Source: Hyphochytrium catenoides (lineage: Eukaryota > Protista > Hyphochytriomycota). Taken from it: a stretch of 64,000 nt of DNA. Below, piece by piece: positions 12,756-24,568 of the stretch. The stretch spans positions 248,001-312,000 of the forward strand of contig FLMG01000355.1 in assembly GCA_900088475.1 (NCBI GenBank). The letters are read 5' to 3'. Below the pieces are notes generated by a model that saw only the letters and a list, made by a program, of their open reading frames with translations, was not told where the DNA came from and ran no database searches. The position numbers and the translations under genes were made by a program. Each line of letters opens with the position of its first letter. Position 1 is the first letter of the stretch.

Positions 12756-13757
12756 TTTATCCTTTAAAATGATCTATTCAGCTTGCTCTCTCCAGCGGCG
12801 TCTCAACCCTTCCAAGTCTTGTGCTCTGATGGACCTTCAGCAACACTTCAGTTATGGGGAACAAGTGGAGAAGGTTCTCTTTTGTTCCTTCTTCCTCCTA
12901 GAGTAAAAGGGTACTGCCGATCGTACTCTGGCTCGCCCCACGACCTTCTTCCCGGTCTGGGTCGTACCGCTGTAGAAGATCACCTAGTCCAGCCTTGCAG
13001 AATGCAGAAGCAGCAGCTCCTCCTGGCCTTTGCACGCCCGACCACCACAAAGTTTGGTCTCGACGCTTGCTGTCGTTCGTCATGGGACATCATCCCCACA
13101 GCAGCAGCAACAGCAGCAAAGGGTCACAGGTCACAGAGGAGGAACTACCCCAGCGCTGCCGTATCAACACGGCAAGTGCCACATCTTTATTAGCTTCTGC
13201 TGTGAGGTTGTTTTCTGTGCACTCGGGGATGGCTCGTTTTGACGATGTTTATAAACCATTTTATGCTTGTAGACTTTGAAATTCTCATCATATTTCACAA
13301 AGTTCACAAAGCAAAATCCCAATGCTTAAAAGGACCCTTTATGTTTCCACTACCTGAACATATTTGACTGCTCACTTACCAGTTGTCATTTAACAGAAGT
13401 TATTCGTCCATAAATGATGGCGCACAACTCTCAAGGCGTTTGCCACTTGTGTGTACTTGTATCTTGTCACTACCACGGGCTGTACGCCGTCGTTAGAGGA
13501 ACTACATAGGGTGTGGTACTGCCGTTACCCGCTAAACGGTCCGTTATTGCTTGGAACTTCGTCGCCATCACCTCATCATCGCCGCCATCAAGGAGCTGAG
13601 AGGCACTGCTTCCTGCAGGGGGTGAAGGCTCTCATTGGATTATCGCTGTCAGCGGCTAGAGATGGCAGAAGAAGTGCGCTGGTAGTGTGAGGGAGGTGAA
13701 GCTCATCGGTATTTATTGGCCGTAGCTATTCTAGAAGTGCTTTCGAAGATTTCATCA

Positions 13758-16700
13758 CTATTGGGGAAGGCGTTCAGATCGGGAGCTCCCCTCTTGCTTG
13801 AGCCGCCGGGTCTGAGGAAGCTCTTGGTATGGTAAATAGTACTCCTAGCAGGTAGCTAACATAGACACGCCCTGACTAACTAACGTGAATGAATAAAAGG
13901 ACAACTCACACCATTGGCAGCGTTGTGCGTGGCCCTGGGGCGCCTCGATTCAGCTGCACTTTTTTCTGAAACCTGGCGGGGTGTGAGAAGGAACTATCAT
14001 CTGGCCTAGCTGGCTTCCTAAAACGCTCTGATTAGACAGTGGACTGTGGTCTAAGGGGGGGTGTTGATAGTAAGTGTGTGCAGGATAGACTGTATGAGAA
14101 GTGACGAGAATCACCGGAGACTTGACAGGTGAAATTGGTTAAATCAGTTAAGGAAGTTGCCCCAAGCCTCTTATACAGGATAACTATCGCTTCTAATCTG
14201 TATGGATGACCCTGGCTATGCCTCGGGGATCATGCTAAGCAGCAGGGACAGCCCGCCTGTGGGACGATGATCCTCGTCGAGACCGCCTACTCCCTGGAGC
14301 CTTCACACTCTTGCTAGGATTGCTCTGCCCTTCCTTTCTCCCGCTCTCCTGTCTTCTCTTGAGACCCTTGCTACCATGTACTGCTTCGGACTCATTCACT
14401 CTTCTATTTCTACTAGCTTTCGAACCTTTTTCTCCTCTCCCTCTGGTGGAGTCAGTCAAGCCCATCTCTTGCGCAGGAGAAGGCGCGACTAGCCGCTCGA
14501 TGATGTGTTCTGGCTCCTCTCGAAGATACGTGAGTAGGGAAGGTAGAACGCTTCTCATCCGAACAGTCTCCACTTCTTCGTAGCGGGGCAGGTAGGCGAG
14601 AATAGCAGCGTACTCGGCCATAGTCACTGTAAGATTTCCATCCTTACAGCCGAGAGTATAAGAAGGGCCGTGCACCTCTTGCTTCTCAGCTTTACCTTCT
14701 GTCTCCTCACTCTCCTCCTCTAGCCCTTCTACCTCCTCTTGAGCCTCGGAGACAATTTGCTCCATGATGTTAGCTTCCATCTTAAGTCCACTAAACTGCC
14801 CAAATTCTGCAACAGTGGCGCCGTAGGAGCCTTGAGGAGACGCCAAAGAAGGACCTAAAGATCAACGGTTAGGCAGACAGTCAGCTAACAGTGATAAGAT
14901 GAGTAACCTGGTGAAACAAAAACAACATGAACGGCAATCTCAAGGAGAGAGGCGAAAACAAGACAGCAAATGAGCCGGGCACAGATGTAGATAAGAGTCT
15001 AAGTATGACTGTCGGTGAATCGTTACCTTTTTCTCCCACCACAGGGCTGCTCACCGCCCGGCGAACTTCTTCCTCCTCTGTAAGTGGGCTAACATCTACC
15101 TCCTCAGGGCGGTCGGCTAAGCCTCTATCGTCCTCTTTCCGACCTACTGCAGAGGAACTCTCTTCTACAACCTCGTCCCTATCTTCAAGTCCACAGACCT
15201 CTTCTCTGTTTAGCGCATCTTCTTCTCTTCTGTCTGCCTCTTGATGTTCTTTAGATTCATCCGTTGAAGCGGACTGAAAGAAGCCTGTTTCACCGTTTGC
15301 GGGTTGTTCCTCTCCCTCGATACTGAGATCGAATGACCGATCGACACTCCCAATGGTCGCCATCTCGCTATAATCATCTGTAGGCTCCACTTCGCCTTCC
15401 ATCTCCCTACCTTCATCCACCACATTCTGCCCTGGCGATACCGGGCGAAGAGAAAGAATGGATTGTTCGGTGGCAATGGCTTCTGAGGCGTCGTCTATAA
15501 ACTCATTGACAATTAGAGAAATCTCTTCTTCTTCGGCCAGAAGTGCCAGTTCTTCATCCTCTGCAGCCTCCTGTGTCGTAGCGGTTAAGTCCGCGACTTC
15601 CTCTTCTGTTGTTTGTTCCTGATCCAAAGATAATGTCTCTTCCACGCTCTGTTTGCTGACAATGGCTCCTGAGGCGTCTTCTATAACTTCACTGACAATC
15701 AGAGAGATTTCTTCTTCCTCCACACGATGTGTACGGTCTTCTTCCTCTGCTGCCTTCTCTGTAGTGGCTTTCAGGTTGGTGGAGACTTCCTCCTCTGTCT
15801 TTACCTGATCTGAAGACAATCCCTCTTCAACGCTCTTTGTCGAAGAATGCTCCTGAACCTGAGCATAGACTGGAGTGAGCTCTTCAGCATCTTGTCCCAC
15901 CCCAGGTTCCTCGCCCAGCAGGGGTCCTCCTTCCTCCTCTTTTTGTGGTTCCTGCATCTCAGGAGGTCTTTCGCTCTCGGCCGTAGTTTCAGGAGGCATT
16001 ATGACGTTTGAAGCTGCCTCTTCGGCTACCACCGCTCTTCTGTTGATCTCCTCTAACTCTGCAAGTCCTTTGGTGCTTACAGCATCACAGCTGTTCCTCT
16101 CTTCTTCAGTTCTTCCACCAAGCTCTCCTTGACTACTCCCGCCGTTTTGTGGCAATGTATCCCTCTCATCAACTCTTGAGGAATCGTCTGTCTGCACCCT
16201 TTGGGGCTCTGGAGAAGATGCTAGAGGTCCTGGACAGGTAGCGGCTTTAGGTAGAACAGAAGATGCGGATGAAGTCTGCTCTTCAAGAATAGCGTTCCAC
16301 TTCTTAGAAAGGTTGGTCACGAGCTGCTTCTCTCCCAGAGCCTTCCAATCTGGTAAAGTGTCTTCGGCTCTTGGCTTCTCCTCCTTTACACCCTCTATAA
16401 TCATTACCTGCTCATCGTCTGTGTTCCTCCCTGATCTTTCGGGCCGCTGAACAACGTTTCTGATTTGTCTTTGCTCAGATATTGCTGCTGAGCTCTTCTC
16501 AATCTTGGTAACTTCTTCTGGGGGAGCTGGTCCCGATGGTGCTTGGGAGTGTAGGAGAACGTAGAAGGACACAGCGAGAAGCCCTTCCTCTTGGAGGACG
16601 TCGTCTTTGCCAGGCGCAGTAAGAGGAAGAGCACGGGCCGACCGGATAAAGAGAGGTAGGTGGGAGGTAGGTCGCGGGAGGGACGATGGTGGAAGGATCT

Positions 16701-17922
16701 GGTAGTAGTATAAGTTGGTAGGAGCTGGGTAGAGAGATGGTCCTTCTTCTTGGCCACTGATTGTGGCAGGATGGCGAGAGCGCCTCTCCTCCGTGGCCTC
16801 AACTTGTTCTAACGTATTTTCACTGTCATGCGGGAGTGAGAATTCTGGCTCTTTCTCCTGTCTCTCTCTAATTGGGGTACTTGTAGTTGAGGCAAATACC
16901 TCTGATGCGGTCTCTTCCTTTCTTTCTTCTGCCTCTTTTGGGCCGTAACCCTGCTCCACCACTGTCTGACCGCTTTTTTCCTCCTCTGACTCTCTTTTCC
17001 CAAACCTCTTGCTTCGGTCAATCCCATGTACCATTTCTTTAGGGGAAGCGGGCAGTTCTGTCAGCGCTTTAGCAGTAGTTTCTGGGCCTCCTATCATTTC
17101 AATTGCTGCTCTTCCTGTTTCTTTCATCTCCAGCGGTGTAGAACGGCTCTTTGACTCTAGAGATCCATCTTGTCCGCCAGGTTGCTTCGTCTTTGGGGTA
17201 ACCCTTAGCATCTCAGAATAGTAGGAGAGGAGATTAAGACCTTCTTCTACACATAGATGCAATGGTGCGCCTGTCTCTTCCAGAGCGGTAATGGAAAGAG
17301 GAAGGCCGTGGGGGAACTGAGCCGGGGAAGAGGAAGAAGTGACTGACATCCGAACGAGGTCTGTACCATGTAACTGGGTAAATACTGCCGTAGAAGCTTT
17401 AAACTCGTCGTCAAGCTCTCTCTGAGCTTTAAGATCCTCACTAATTTCCTGGGCGGGGCTGTTAGGAGCAGCAGGCATGCCCCACTCTGCTTCCTTTTGC
17501 ACTCCATTCTCCTTTTTGTCACTTTGGAGGACAGGAGACAGAGAGACTAAAGCATCTTTGGCTGCCTTTATAGTCTCACTTTCTCTCTGGTCGTGAGTCT
17601 TATTTCCGCCGCCCGTTGCGTCTCGAAGGCTGTAGACGTAAGTCATGGGGTCAGGACCTACTCCTGGGAGAGGAGGAGCGGAAGAGAGGCTGAACACCTT
17701 CGAAGAACCGCGTTCTGCCATGTTCGGAGAGAGTTTCAGTGGAGCGCTAAGAGGAAGAAGGGAGTCAAAGTAGTGAAACAGACCCAGACCCTCATCCTGA
17801 TAGTGGTCGTAAGCGAGAAGTGGAGCCTCTATCCGATCTGTGATCCTCAGCTCCCCATTACTGACTGGCCCAGCTGGAGACTCCATAGCGTGCTCTCGGT
17901 CCACAAAGATCCAATCGTCCAT
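13758..17922 (-). CDS. Large acidic, largely disordered protein (~1200 aa) with an N-terminal LIR/AIM-like motif and an internal 62-aa repeat
   Basis: ATG 17922 (MDDWIFV) follows an in-frame TGA. Exon 17922-15027, GT-AG intron, exon 14854-14257 in phase. A probable GC-AG intron then leads to two small exons (~13972-13912 and ~13844-13758). Without that splice the protein stops at 14235. Confidence 0.7.
15470..15840 (-). repeat. Coding tandem duplication, ~186-nt (62-aa) period, about 2 copies
   Basis: gaggcgtc anchors at 15485 and 15671. The peptide S-V-E-E..L-S..D-Q..T-E-E-E-V..L-x-A-T-T..A-A-E..E-E-E-E-I-S-L-I-V-x-E-x-I-x-D-A-S repeats. Confidence 0.85.
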
Positions 17923-18303
17923 CCTCTCCACTGTTCACCTTAAGCTTCTCTCGTCCAAGTCTCTACTGGGCGATCGCGGCGGTAGCAGTAACCTAACTGA
18001 GCACCAACAGGCAGTGAAGCGAGACTGCACAGGCCGAAGGACGACAGCTGCGTCCTACACCTTGAACTCAAAATGTTAGCCTACCGAGGAACTCTTCTAT
18101 CAAGCGGGAGGATCGCCCTCAGCAGCCCTCGTCAATCTGTCAGGACAGCCAACTTGTCTCTTCCTTTCCGAAGTTCTCAGAGGCGATCCAGGGCAATAGA
18201 GAAATGAAGGGAAGCTGTGGAGAAAGGAAGGAAGGAAGGAGGCTGATGTGAGAGGTGAGGAGAGACGAGGAGGACAGAAAGAGAAAAGAGGAAGATCATC
18301 CCT

Positions 18304-18406
18304 GAACTCCGGGGGGAGATCTGTATCTCGCCTGAGAAAGCATATGGTCAACCCGCCGATCTCCTGACCTTGACGGGTTATCCGTCTCGTAGGCTAGACT
18401 TAGTCG
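18304..18406 (+). ncRNA. Candidate degenerate TPP (THI-box) riboswitch-like structured RNA
   Basis: Ordered elements CGGGG / P3 hairpin / CTGAGAAA / ACCCG / ATC-CCTGA / stem GACGG-GTTAT-CCGTC / CGTAGG resemble the TPP aptamer consensus. It has insertions and a weak P1, and no adjacent thiamine gene. Confidence 0.3.
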
Positions 18407-18744
18407 TATTTTGTTTACGCATTGTGATTACGTCGGTAGTAGTTTTGATTGATACACACTGTGTATATAAAGCTTTGATTAGATACCGTACAGCAACCAA
18501 GAGAGGTCGCTTTTGGGAGTTGGGTGAACATCGCGACAAAGTCACCTAGAGGGAGGCCCTTTCTTGATAAATTGTTTTTTTTTATCAGAGTAGCCGACGA
18601 CACCCCTGCTCTACTCTGTCAAAAGGACTACGGTGGGCCCTGGCGCTGCACACATAGGGTTTGCAGCGCTAACCCTCCAGATCTGAGGAAACCTCAAGTA
18701 TGAGAGCGAAACGACACAGACACATCATGGGGCTTCTGAGGGAA

Positions 18745-18822
18745 AGCCGAGAGAGAGAAAACAAGTACAGAAGGAGAGAGAAAGAGAAAAAGAGAGAGAG
18801 AGAGACAGAGAGAGAGAGAGAG

Positions 18823-18857
<35 letters not shown>

Positions 18858-18955
18858 GAGGGCGACAAGACAGAGGAAAAGAAGAGAGACGAGAAGGAAG
18901 AGGGAAAGAACGAGCACCCAAGAGGGGAAGGCGAAGAGGGAAGGAGAGAGGAGTA
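18745..18955. repeat. (GA)n polypurine tract upstream of the NEK gene
   Basis: Near-pure purine run of about 200 nt. Confidence 0.9.
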
Positions 18956-19247
18956 CAGGGAAGCGCGATCGAAGAAGCGGCATCGACAGATTGACGGGCG
19001 AGCCTAACATCAGCCAAGCTGAGGTGGAGCTGCAACAATGAAACTCTCTTAGTCCCGAACAGTGGAAGACACGACTGGATATCACATCGGCTGCTCCTCT
19101 AGACAACAAGGAAAGAGGGATGAGCTTCCAGCGACCGAGCCGCGACTGGGAGCTCAATGGACGTTCCTCAGGCTGAGTGAATGCAAGGTGCTGCGGTGGT
19201 TACGTGCGATTTACTTAACTCGCGCTAGACAATCCTGGCTTCCCGTC

Positions 19248-22200
19248 ATGGAGAACTATGAAATGGTCAAGGCCCTAGGCAAGGGCTCCTATGGGAAGGT
19301 AGGCCCTTCCCCTAGCTTTGGTCATGTCTCGCCTCCTTATACGCCGTGTAAGGCTCGTAAGACCTAACCGCCAGTTATTCCAGGTGTATCTGATGCGCCG
19401 CAAAGCTGACAAGCGGCTAGTCTGCATCAAGCTTGTTAAGCTGAAGGGGTTAGGAGAGAAAGAGCGGTAGGACTTACAAGGATGAGTGCCTAGACCAAGT
19501 TCTATATGGCGCTGTCCATCCCTCTCCTCGTACCACTACTCTTTTGTTCCACTTTGAAGTCTTTCCCTCTTGTTCTGAACGCCAACGTCCCCCGGTCTCT
19601 GTCTTTCTGTCCTCTCTCGACCTCTTCCTCCCCACCATTATCCGTTCGTTCAACCCTCAGCGAAGGGCTCCTCCAGTATATATATATATATAAAGTAGTT
19701 CTGGCTCACTCACTCCTATCCTACGCAACGTCGCCTGCGCATAACTCGTCCCTGCACGCTTCTCCTTTCAGGCAAGGCTGCCAACAGGAGGTAGAGCTAA
19801 TGAAGAAGCTTATTCATCCATTCATTGTGGGCTATCAGGACGCATTCTTGAGCGAGAATAAAGAGAGACTCTGCATTGTGATGAACTACTGCGATGGAGG
19901 AGACCTAGAGGAGCTCTTAGGGAGAGCAAAAGGGGGAAGAATCTCGGAAGGGAAAATTCTGCGCTGCTTCGTTCAGGTCAGCTCTCTTAGTACTAACTGC
20001 ATATGTTGGCCTCATTGTCCTGGGCCCCGTCCGTCTCTCTTCTCCTCTCCTGTAGGTAGCGCTGGGGCTGCAGTACATGCACGAGCAACACATCTTACAC
20101 CGGGACCTGAAGACCAAGAATATCTTTCTTCTCAGTAATGGCAGTCTAGTGCTGGGAGACCTCGGCATATCCAAGGTATGGAAACAATTCTTGAATTGCA
20201 GCGCTTTAGACTGTTCGACGACAGCAAACATGGCAGTGAAGATATAGCAAGGACAATTCGACGAGAAAAGTGGCCTTTCTTTCTAGAGATAGTCACGATC
20301 TATCCGTTCTCTTCCTTTCGCATCAGCTCTTGGCTACTTGCGCATTGTCTCCAATGCCATTCTGCAGATCTCTACTTTACCGTTCCTGCTATGCGTTCCG
20401 CCTGCCACACTATTTCTGAACGTATACCATGTCCCTGTTGAAGATGCTGGATAGTACGAATGACTTCGCAAGTACTTGCATTGGCACTCCCTACTACATG
20501 AGCCCGGAGCTGTTCCGTCACGAGGTCGGCGAGACGCCTTCTCTTGCCTTTCTCTTCTTGTTGTTTTTCTTTATAATGAACCATCATCTTCACCCCCGCG
20601 CGCGTCCTTTCAGGTTGTCCAACTTTCTGCCTTCGTTCCTCTTGCAACCACCCGTCATCTTCTTCCTTTTTGTTCTTCCGACAGGGCAAGAACGGTGATA
20701 TGATGTCTTATCCCAGGTTATTCTCACCGGTTTCTTCCCCAAACTCTAGCCCTATAGCTACAAGTCTGACCTCTGGTCTTTGGGTTGCATCTTGTATGAG
20801 ATGTGTGCCCTCCGGCGCCCCTTCGAAGCACAAACTCTCAGTGGATTGGCTTTGAAGATAAGAAGAGGCCATTTCTCTCCTCTCCCAGCCTCATATAGTA
20901 AGCAGGTAAGGAACAGGCCGACCTGTGAAAATAAGAAGAGGGAAACACCAAGAGAAGACATCATAAAGTGAAAATGGATGGGTCAGAGAGCCTGTAGTCG
21001 TAGGCTGGGGAGATTATTAAACCTTGGTAGCAACAGCATGCAATTGAAGAAGATCGTCAAGTCGAGAGGCAGTTGCTAGACAGAATTAGGGTCGAAGAGG
21101 GTTAGAGGTCATACTCTATTGTGATGATTTAAGGGGTTGATATTAGATTAGGACTGGTGTTTGGTTGATCGGTAACATTCCTATCTTCCGCCCGCAGCTA
21201 CGAGACTTAGTAGGCTCCATGCTCTCCGTCCAGTGAGTGTCCGAATCGTGCTGCGGAAGTTATACTGTCTCTGCTGACTTAGGCCCACTTCCTTCGTTTG
21301 AACGTTCCTAACTGCTGAACTTCCGTTCCGACTGTCTACCAGGGTACATCGGAGACCATCAATACCTGAGATATTATCTCGCTCCTTCATAAAAAAGCAC
21401 ATTGAGGAGCTCTTGGTTGACATCACGCAGAGGTGAGACAAGTTAAGCGAGGCCAGACTAGAAGAAGGGAGTGCACAAGGACATGGAAAGAAAGAGGGAC
21501 AGATCTCCCACCTCATAAAAACTAGCAAACAATCGGAGGGGGGACTTAGGAGAGACAATAAGGATCTAATCTTCTAATCCCATCGCACTCCACCAGGGAT
21601 GTGAAGGAAGGGTCTAGCTCCCTATCGACTCCAATTGGAGGGACAGAAAGAGACCTCCATCTAAAGAAGGCGCAAGTCAGTAATCTGCTTGACCAGCTAT
21701 CTGGGCTGGGAATGAAGGTCTCTGCGTCATATCCTGTCCTTTTACCTCTCGATCGACTCCAATTGCTTTACCGCTTTACAAGGAGCCCCTCATTATTCTT
21801 TGGTTAGCCTCTGTACACTGACCAATAAAGCAGGCGATGGTGTCCAGAGTTCGCACGGGTCCTCCGTCCAACGACCTCGTGGAGAAAAAGAGCAAGATCA
21901 TGATTGAAAGGCATCGCTCCGCACTGGAGAGGGAAGAAGAGCGAAAGATTGCGGTCCAGGTCCGTTGTTCTTTCTTGAGGAGCAGCTGAACCATTAGTCT
22001 CACCTAAGGTTCCACGCAGAATGCACTAGAGAAGCTTAGACAACAGCGAGAAGAAAGAATAAGGCGGGTAAGAGCAGGACTACGAAGGGAAATATAAAGA
22101 AGTGGCGGCCGTGAAAATAGCAGATGTTTGAGTTCGAATGGGCGGGAGGAAGAAGAATCACTTGAGTAGTTCTGGCTTCAAGTAAACGGTGAAGTGAAAA

Positions 22201-24568
22201 AATTAGAGAAGCAGGAAGCGCAAGCGGTTTGAGGTCTTGACATATAATACGAGGCTTTGGACGTATTAGCGAGGAGGCCTGGGAAGTAACGAGAGAAAAG
22301 GAGGAGAAGAAAGGGATCAAGGTACTTAAGACACTATCGTGGAGGGAAGTTTATGTCAGGTTCCCGATGCCTGACTCCCCTTGCGTCTGATCAGCTTAAG
22401 GCCAAGCAGCTCAGGGGAACCTCAAGAGGCTCTCCTTCTCCCAGTCCGCCATCTGTGTCTCCCCCAAAAGATGGAAGAGAGAAAGAGAAGATAGCAGTAG
22501 TAAGCATAGGGATTGACGCAGCCACCAAGGCAGGCCATCAGAAGCCAAAACAGAGGTCAAGCGATAACAGAAGCGTTGCTCCAGTCAATCCCCCCAAGAG
22601 TCAGCAAAAGAGATCTCGTCCAGTATTTGGGAGAGCGGCTTGGAAGGTAGGAAACGTAAAAGGATTGGCTGAGACGAGTGTGACCGCCAATGGCAAGCAC
22701 CACACCAACCATTGTCTGTAAAGGAATTGCCAGTGGTTATTCACTAAATAATGCGTCCGCCCTGCACCCACTGCCATCTAGGGTAAACAGTTCGTTGCTG
22801 TTGGTAAGGAGATCAATGATGCTGAAGCAGAGAGGAACATGGTCAGAAACTTATGTATTTGGTCCCCTGAGCAACCACAGGTGAGGGAACCGTCGTACTG
22901 GATTTGCTCCGCCAAGCACATCTATCTCTGCGGTTCTTTCAATGGAGTGCGGTGCCCTTGTCGTCCATGAGGCTGAGCAAAACCCGCTGCTCATAACATC
23001 TTTATGAAGGATCCTTCAAGGAGACCCCATCTTTTCTCTTCACCTGCTGTATAAGTGCCTTACACAGTTCTATTTACTGTCGCTGCAGAAGCAGAGGGTG
23101 GAGCAAGCCGCGTCTGTCTCCTGCTCGAACATAATAGAAACGGAAGCTGCTAGGCCAATGGCAACTGAAGATGTCACAAGTCCTAACTTCTCAGCAAGTC
23201 AGGAGATACCAAAGATTGTTCAGCACCACAAGCTTGACACCTTGGCACCAACCACTGAGGAGAGAGAGGAGCAGGTGATCGATCTACCCAATCCTCCCTC
23301 AAAGACCTCACCTGTTCCTTCACCCGACCCCAGATGGGGAGAAGGACGGAGAATGAGCTTCCAGGTGGTTGATCTGAGAGGAGAGCAAGGCGCAAACCCC
23401 GATATCGTAAGCCCAGGTATCCCAATGAAGCGCTGCCTTTATTTTTCAAGCCTCACCACACATCGCTGTCATTGCGTTGGATCTGGAGTTCATCTCGCCC
23501 ACCATAGTTGCAGGAAGAGATAGGGCTGCTCAAGCTTTCTGCCTTCGTACAATATCACCTAACAGAACAATTCTCAGCGCCGAGTCCGTCCCCTCCGCCT
23601 CCGATACGGCGATACTGGCAAGTCCATGAGCTTCATGTACCAACATTCAACAAAGTGCCTACCGTTGCGAAGGAGACAACAGGTGATTCTTCACCTTCAG
23701 CTATCGATGGAAGCGAAGAAATAGAAGTACAAGCTCTTGAAGTTCCAACCGAAGAAGAAGAGGAAGTCAGCGAAGGAGAGGCCGAGCAGCTTGCCAAATG
23801 CAAAGTAGTAGAGGACGACGACGATATCAAGGTGCGCAACACCGTTCGACATCCTCCTACCAGCGGCTACGTACTGAGCGATGAAGGCTACTAACGTACT
23901 CCTATTTCGCCTGCAGGAGCGTGAGCATGACCTTGAGATCGAGCTAGATATCCTTGACACAGTTGGCCGAAACACCTTTCCTATTCTGTTTCTCGTATAG
24001 TATGCCTTCTCCCGAATTCAAGAACTCTCAGTTCCTCCTTCCCGATACGACTGTATTATACTCCTTTCGCTCTCGTCGTCACCAATAGCCTCAGTTCGGG
24101 TTGCCGCTGTCATCCTTAATTCCCGCAAACAGAAGTCTATCATCAGATGTCAAGATCTTAAGCAATCTTTGGAGAGAGAAGCGGTTGAGGTCACGTCTCA
24201 ATCTGGGGCCGGCGACGTCGAGCCCCATGTGGTAGGCGATCAGCATCTCCATATTGGCCGTTTAGCAGATCGCATCTCAGCCCTCAAATGTGAGTGCATC
24301 GAGGCTCTCGGGGATGCGGCCTTTAACGCTGCCTATAGCTACCTAAAGGTAAGACGCAGGGCTGACTACTTCATATCGCAAGAATCAACGATTTGTCCCT
24401 CAGAGGCTCCAGGATGAAGACACCTTCCAGTTGCCAACAGATCTGGAAGAGTTACAGGACGATGACGAGGTCACTTCTACGCTGGCAGGTATTCTGGGGA
24501 AGGAGAAGCTCTCGTATTGGAATTTGATTGACCAGTTAATCTTCATGGAAGAAGCCCACGATGACTGA
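19248..24568 (+). CDS. NEK: NIMA-related Ser/Thr kinase (NEK1/NEK4-like) with coiled-coil and conserved C-terminal domain
   Basis: Spliced kinase motifs: MENYEMVKALGKGSYGKV, VCIK, EVELMKKLIHPFIV, IVMNYCDGGDL, HILHRDLKTKNIFL, LGDLGISK, STCIGTPYYMSPE, PYSYKSDLWSLGCILYEM. The C-terminal RISALKCECIEALG...LIDQLIFMEE resembles NEK1/4 tails. TGA stop at 24566-24568. Confidence 0.95.

Noticed and set aside
14927-17943. Numerous Ser-rich ORFs on the + strand
   Set aside because: Antisense shadows of the Glu-rich minus-strand CDS.
18669-19157. ORFs rich in ER/RE or SL/LS dipeptides (also at 182-943, 10048-11214, 33461-34087, 46034-47183)
   Set aside because: Translations of (GA)n/(CT)n microsatellites, not genes.
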